Assembly: GCA_963796105.1 (NCBI GenBank)
Contig: CAWCKJ010000012.1
Coordinates: 96,001 to 160,000 of the forward strand
Reading direction: 5' to 3'
Source: a candidate division FCPU426 bacterium
GTDB lineage: Bacteria > Oederibacteriota > Muellerivitia > Muellerivitales > Muellerivitaceae
DNA length: 64,000 nucleotides
Positions within the stretch are counted from its first letter, which is position 1. Every line of letters starts with the position of its first letter. The notes beneath the pieces are model-generated. The model was not told the origin of the DNA, did not search any database, and saw only the letters and a list, made by a program, of their open reading frames with translations. Of this stretch, positions 62,300 through 64,000 are shown piece by piece. Position numbers and translations under genes: made by a program.

Positions 62300-63604
62300 T
62301 TAAAAATTCAAAACCTCACCGCGTCCCATTCCAGTATAAGTAAACCCCATTTCCGTCAATTCCTGCGAATCATACATATTACGTCCATCGAGAAGGAAGG
62401 GCTGTTTGACTAGGTTTTTTAATTTATTGAAATCAATCTGTTTAAACTCGTTCCAATCGGTTAAAACCAAGACCGCGTCCGAGCCCTGGGCCGCCTCGTA
62501 TGGCGATTTGCAGTACTTAATGTCCGGGAAATAATCTTTCGCTTTATCCATGGATACGGGATCGTAAGCCCTTATTTTCGCCCCCGCGCCCTGCAGAACC
62601 GGCAGAATGGTCAAGGATGGCGCTTCGCGAAGATCATCCGTGTTCGGTTTGAATGATAAACCCCAAACCGCCAATATTTTGCCCTTCAATGGGCCGATTG
62701 TTTTTCTCACTTTTTCAGCAAATGATAGTCTTTGAAGTTGGTTCACCTTCAATACTTCCGGCAGTATTCGAAATGGATAACCGCTTTTTTTCCCGATTTC
62801 GACCAAAGCCGCCACATCTTTCGGGAAACAGCTTCCTCCGAATCCCAGCCCGGCGTTTAAAAACTGTCCCCCAATCCGGGAGTCATAACTCATACCCTTG
62901 GTGACCTGCAAAACATCCGCTCCCACCTTATCGCAAAGGTTTGAGATCTCGTTGATAAAGGAAATTTTTGTGGCTAAAAACGCGTTAGAGGCGTATTTGA
63001 TCATTTCAGCGCTCTTCAAATCGGTGATCAATACCGGGCAATGAAGGGGTTTATAAATTTCCGCCACTTTTTGGGCGGCCGACCGGCGCGTGGCGCCTAT
63101 GACAACCCTTTCCGGCCTTAAAAGGTCAGTGACTGCCGATCCTTCCCTCAAGAACTCGGGATTCGAAACGACATCAAAGAGAACTTCCTTTGCGCTGTTT
63201 TTAATGATGATTTGCGTCACCACATCCCCCATGCCGATAGGCACGGTACTTTTGTTTACGATGATTTTATATCGGTTAATGGATTTGGCGATTCCCTTTG
63301 CCACCGCTTTGACATTGCTGATGTCCGCTTCCCCGCCTTTTCCGGGAGGAGTGCTCACCGCGATAAAAATAAAGTCGGTAGTTTGAACCGCTTTGGTCAA
63401 ATCAGTAGTGAAAAAAAGCCTGTGGCCCTTGTTCCTTTGGATGATTTCCTTCAGCCCCGGCTCAAAGATGGGGACGTTTCCCTTCTGTAGTTCTTGGATT
63501 TTTCTTTTATCGACATCAACACAAATCACCGAATTTCCCAAGTCCGCGAAACAAGATCCAGTCACCAATCCTACATAACCAGTACCGACAACGGAAATTC
63601 TCAT
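62300..63604 (-). CDS. ugd: UDP-glucose 6-dehydrogenase
   Basis: GTGYVG, KSTVP, NPEFLREG, GFGGSCFPKD, FKPNTDDLRE. Confidence 0.96.
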   Translation of the reverse strand: MRISVVGTGYVGLVTGSCFADLGNSVICVDVDKRKIQELQKGNVPIFEPGLKEIIQRNKGHRLFFTTDLTKAVQTTDFIFIAVSTPPGKGGEADISNVKAVAKGIAKSINRYKIIVNKSTVPIGMGDVVTQIIIKNSAKEVLFDVVSNPEFLREGSAVTDLLRPERVVIGATRRSAAQKVAEIYKPLHCPVLITDLKSAEMIKYASNAFLATKISFINEISNLCDKVGADVLQVTKGMSYDSRIGGQFLNAGLGFGGSCFPKDVAALVEIGKKSGYPFRILPEVLKVNQLQRLSFAEKVRKTIGPLKGKILAVWGLSFKPNTDDLREAPSLTILPVLQGAGAKIRAYDPVSMDKAKDYFPDIKYCKSPYEAAQGSDAVLVLTDWNEFKQIDFNKLKNLVKQPFLLDGRNMYDSQELTEMGFTYTGMGRGEVLNF

Positions 63605-63688
63605 CTTGAAATCCTTTTTAACGAAAAGTCCATTTTATTATTCTATGCCTATGTACAAAGCACCTACGGTCTATTGATTCTTTTAATC

Positions 63689-63786
63689 TTCCCCCTCTGA
63701 AAGAGGGGGATTGAGGGGAAGTTAGCCTCTGAGTGTTATACAACAAAAGCTAATACCCCCCTCCCCCCCCTTTTTCAAAGGGGGGA
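63689..63786 (+). repeat. Structured palindromic intergenic repeat, copy 2
   Basis: Inverted homologue of 19245-19341: identical terminal hairpins, divergent centre. Confidence 0.88.
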
Positions 63787-63861
63787 TTCTGCAATCGTCC
63801 GCTCAGTAGGTATTTAGGGATAAGTTCCAGACTTTTTCCCAGTTTATGATTCATCTTACCC

Positions 63862-63903
63862 AGAAACTCAAAAACCGGGACTAATCCCGGTTTTTGAGTT
63901 TCT
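63862..63903 (-). terminator. 19-bp perfect hairpin, probable terminator of the sugar ABC ATPase gene
   Basis: AGAAACTCAAAAACCGGGA-CTAA-TCCCGGTTTTTGAGTTTCT, 18 nt past the stop. Confidence 0.8.
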
Positions 63904-63921
63904 TCTAATTATGGTCCGGCT

Positions 63922-64000
63922 TTAATTCGTCAAGCACTTCTCTGTTTCTTTGTCGAAAATATGGACCTTCCTCATGTTGAAAACCAATTCGATATCCTGG
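63922..64000 (-). CDS. C-terminus of a sugar ABC ATPase (MsmK/MalK/UgpC-like), partial
   Basis: Hand translation QDIELVFNMRKVHIFDKETEKCLTN*, typical of MsmK-type C-termini. Confidence 0.7.
   Translation of the reverse strand, partial: QDIELVFNMRKVHIFDKETEKCLTN

Noticed and set aside
62172..62300. 42-codon minus-strand ORF overlapping the ugd stop (TAATG)
   Set aside because: Too short and featureless to support.

Overview
Bacterial chromosomal segment, almost entirely minus-strand coded, from a probably diderm, polysaccharide-using organism (TolC-type and LpoA-type envelope proteins alongside a PyrR-attenuated pyr operon; any taxonomic placement is inference only). Left to right: two exported carbohydrate-binding-module-like proteins, the second hit near its start by a complete IS1595-family element; cspA; several hypothetical/TPR/PilZ genes and cobO; pyrR-pyrB-pyrC-carA-carB with consensus promoter and PyrR attenuator; a GC-richer TetR/TolC/HlyD/ABC (YbhGFSR-like) efflux operon; phoH-ybeY-corC-PHP-era-pyk, where the pyruvate kinase lacks its C-terminal domain; a LysM lipoprotein; aspS, hisS, an LpoA/LppC-like lipoprotein with a large inserted domain, a GH5 and dut; a GT2 plus BshC-like gene pair; a TPR protein; a complete IS1380-family element; a Sel1 protein; and a ~19 kb surface-polysaccharide cluster ending with ugd. 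Most interesting: the GT2 + BshC-like pair (candidate unknown thiol/glycoconjugate pathway), an IS whose terminus recreates the start codon of the gene it interrupts, an LpoA-like protein with a CsgG/LpoB-like insert, the truncated pyruvate kinase coupled to era, and a two-copy structured intergenic repeat. No rRNA, tRNA or CRISPR array was recognised. All calls come from motif reading; no database search was run.
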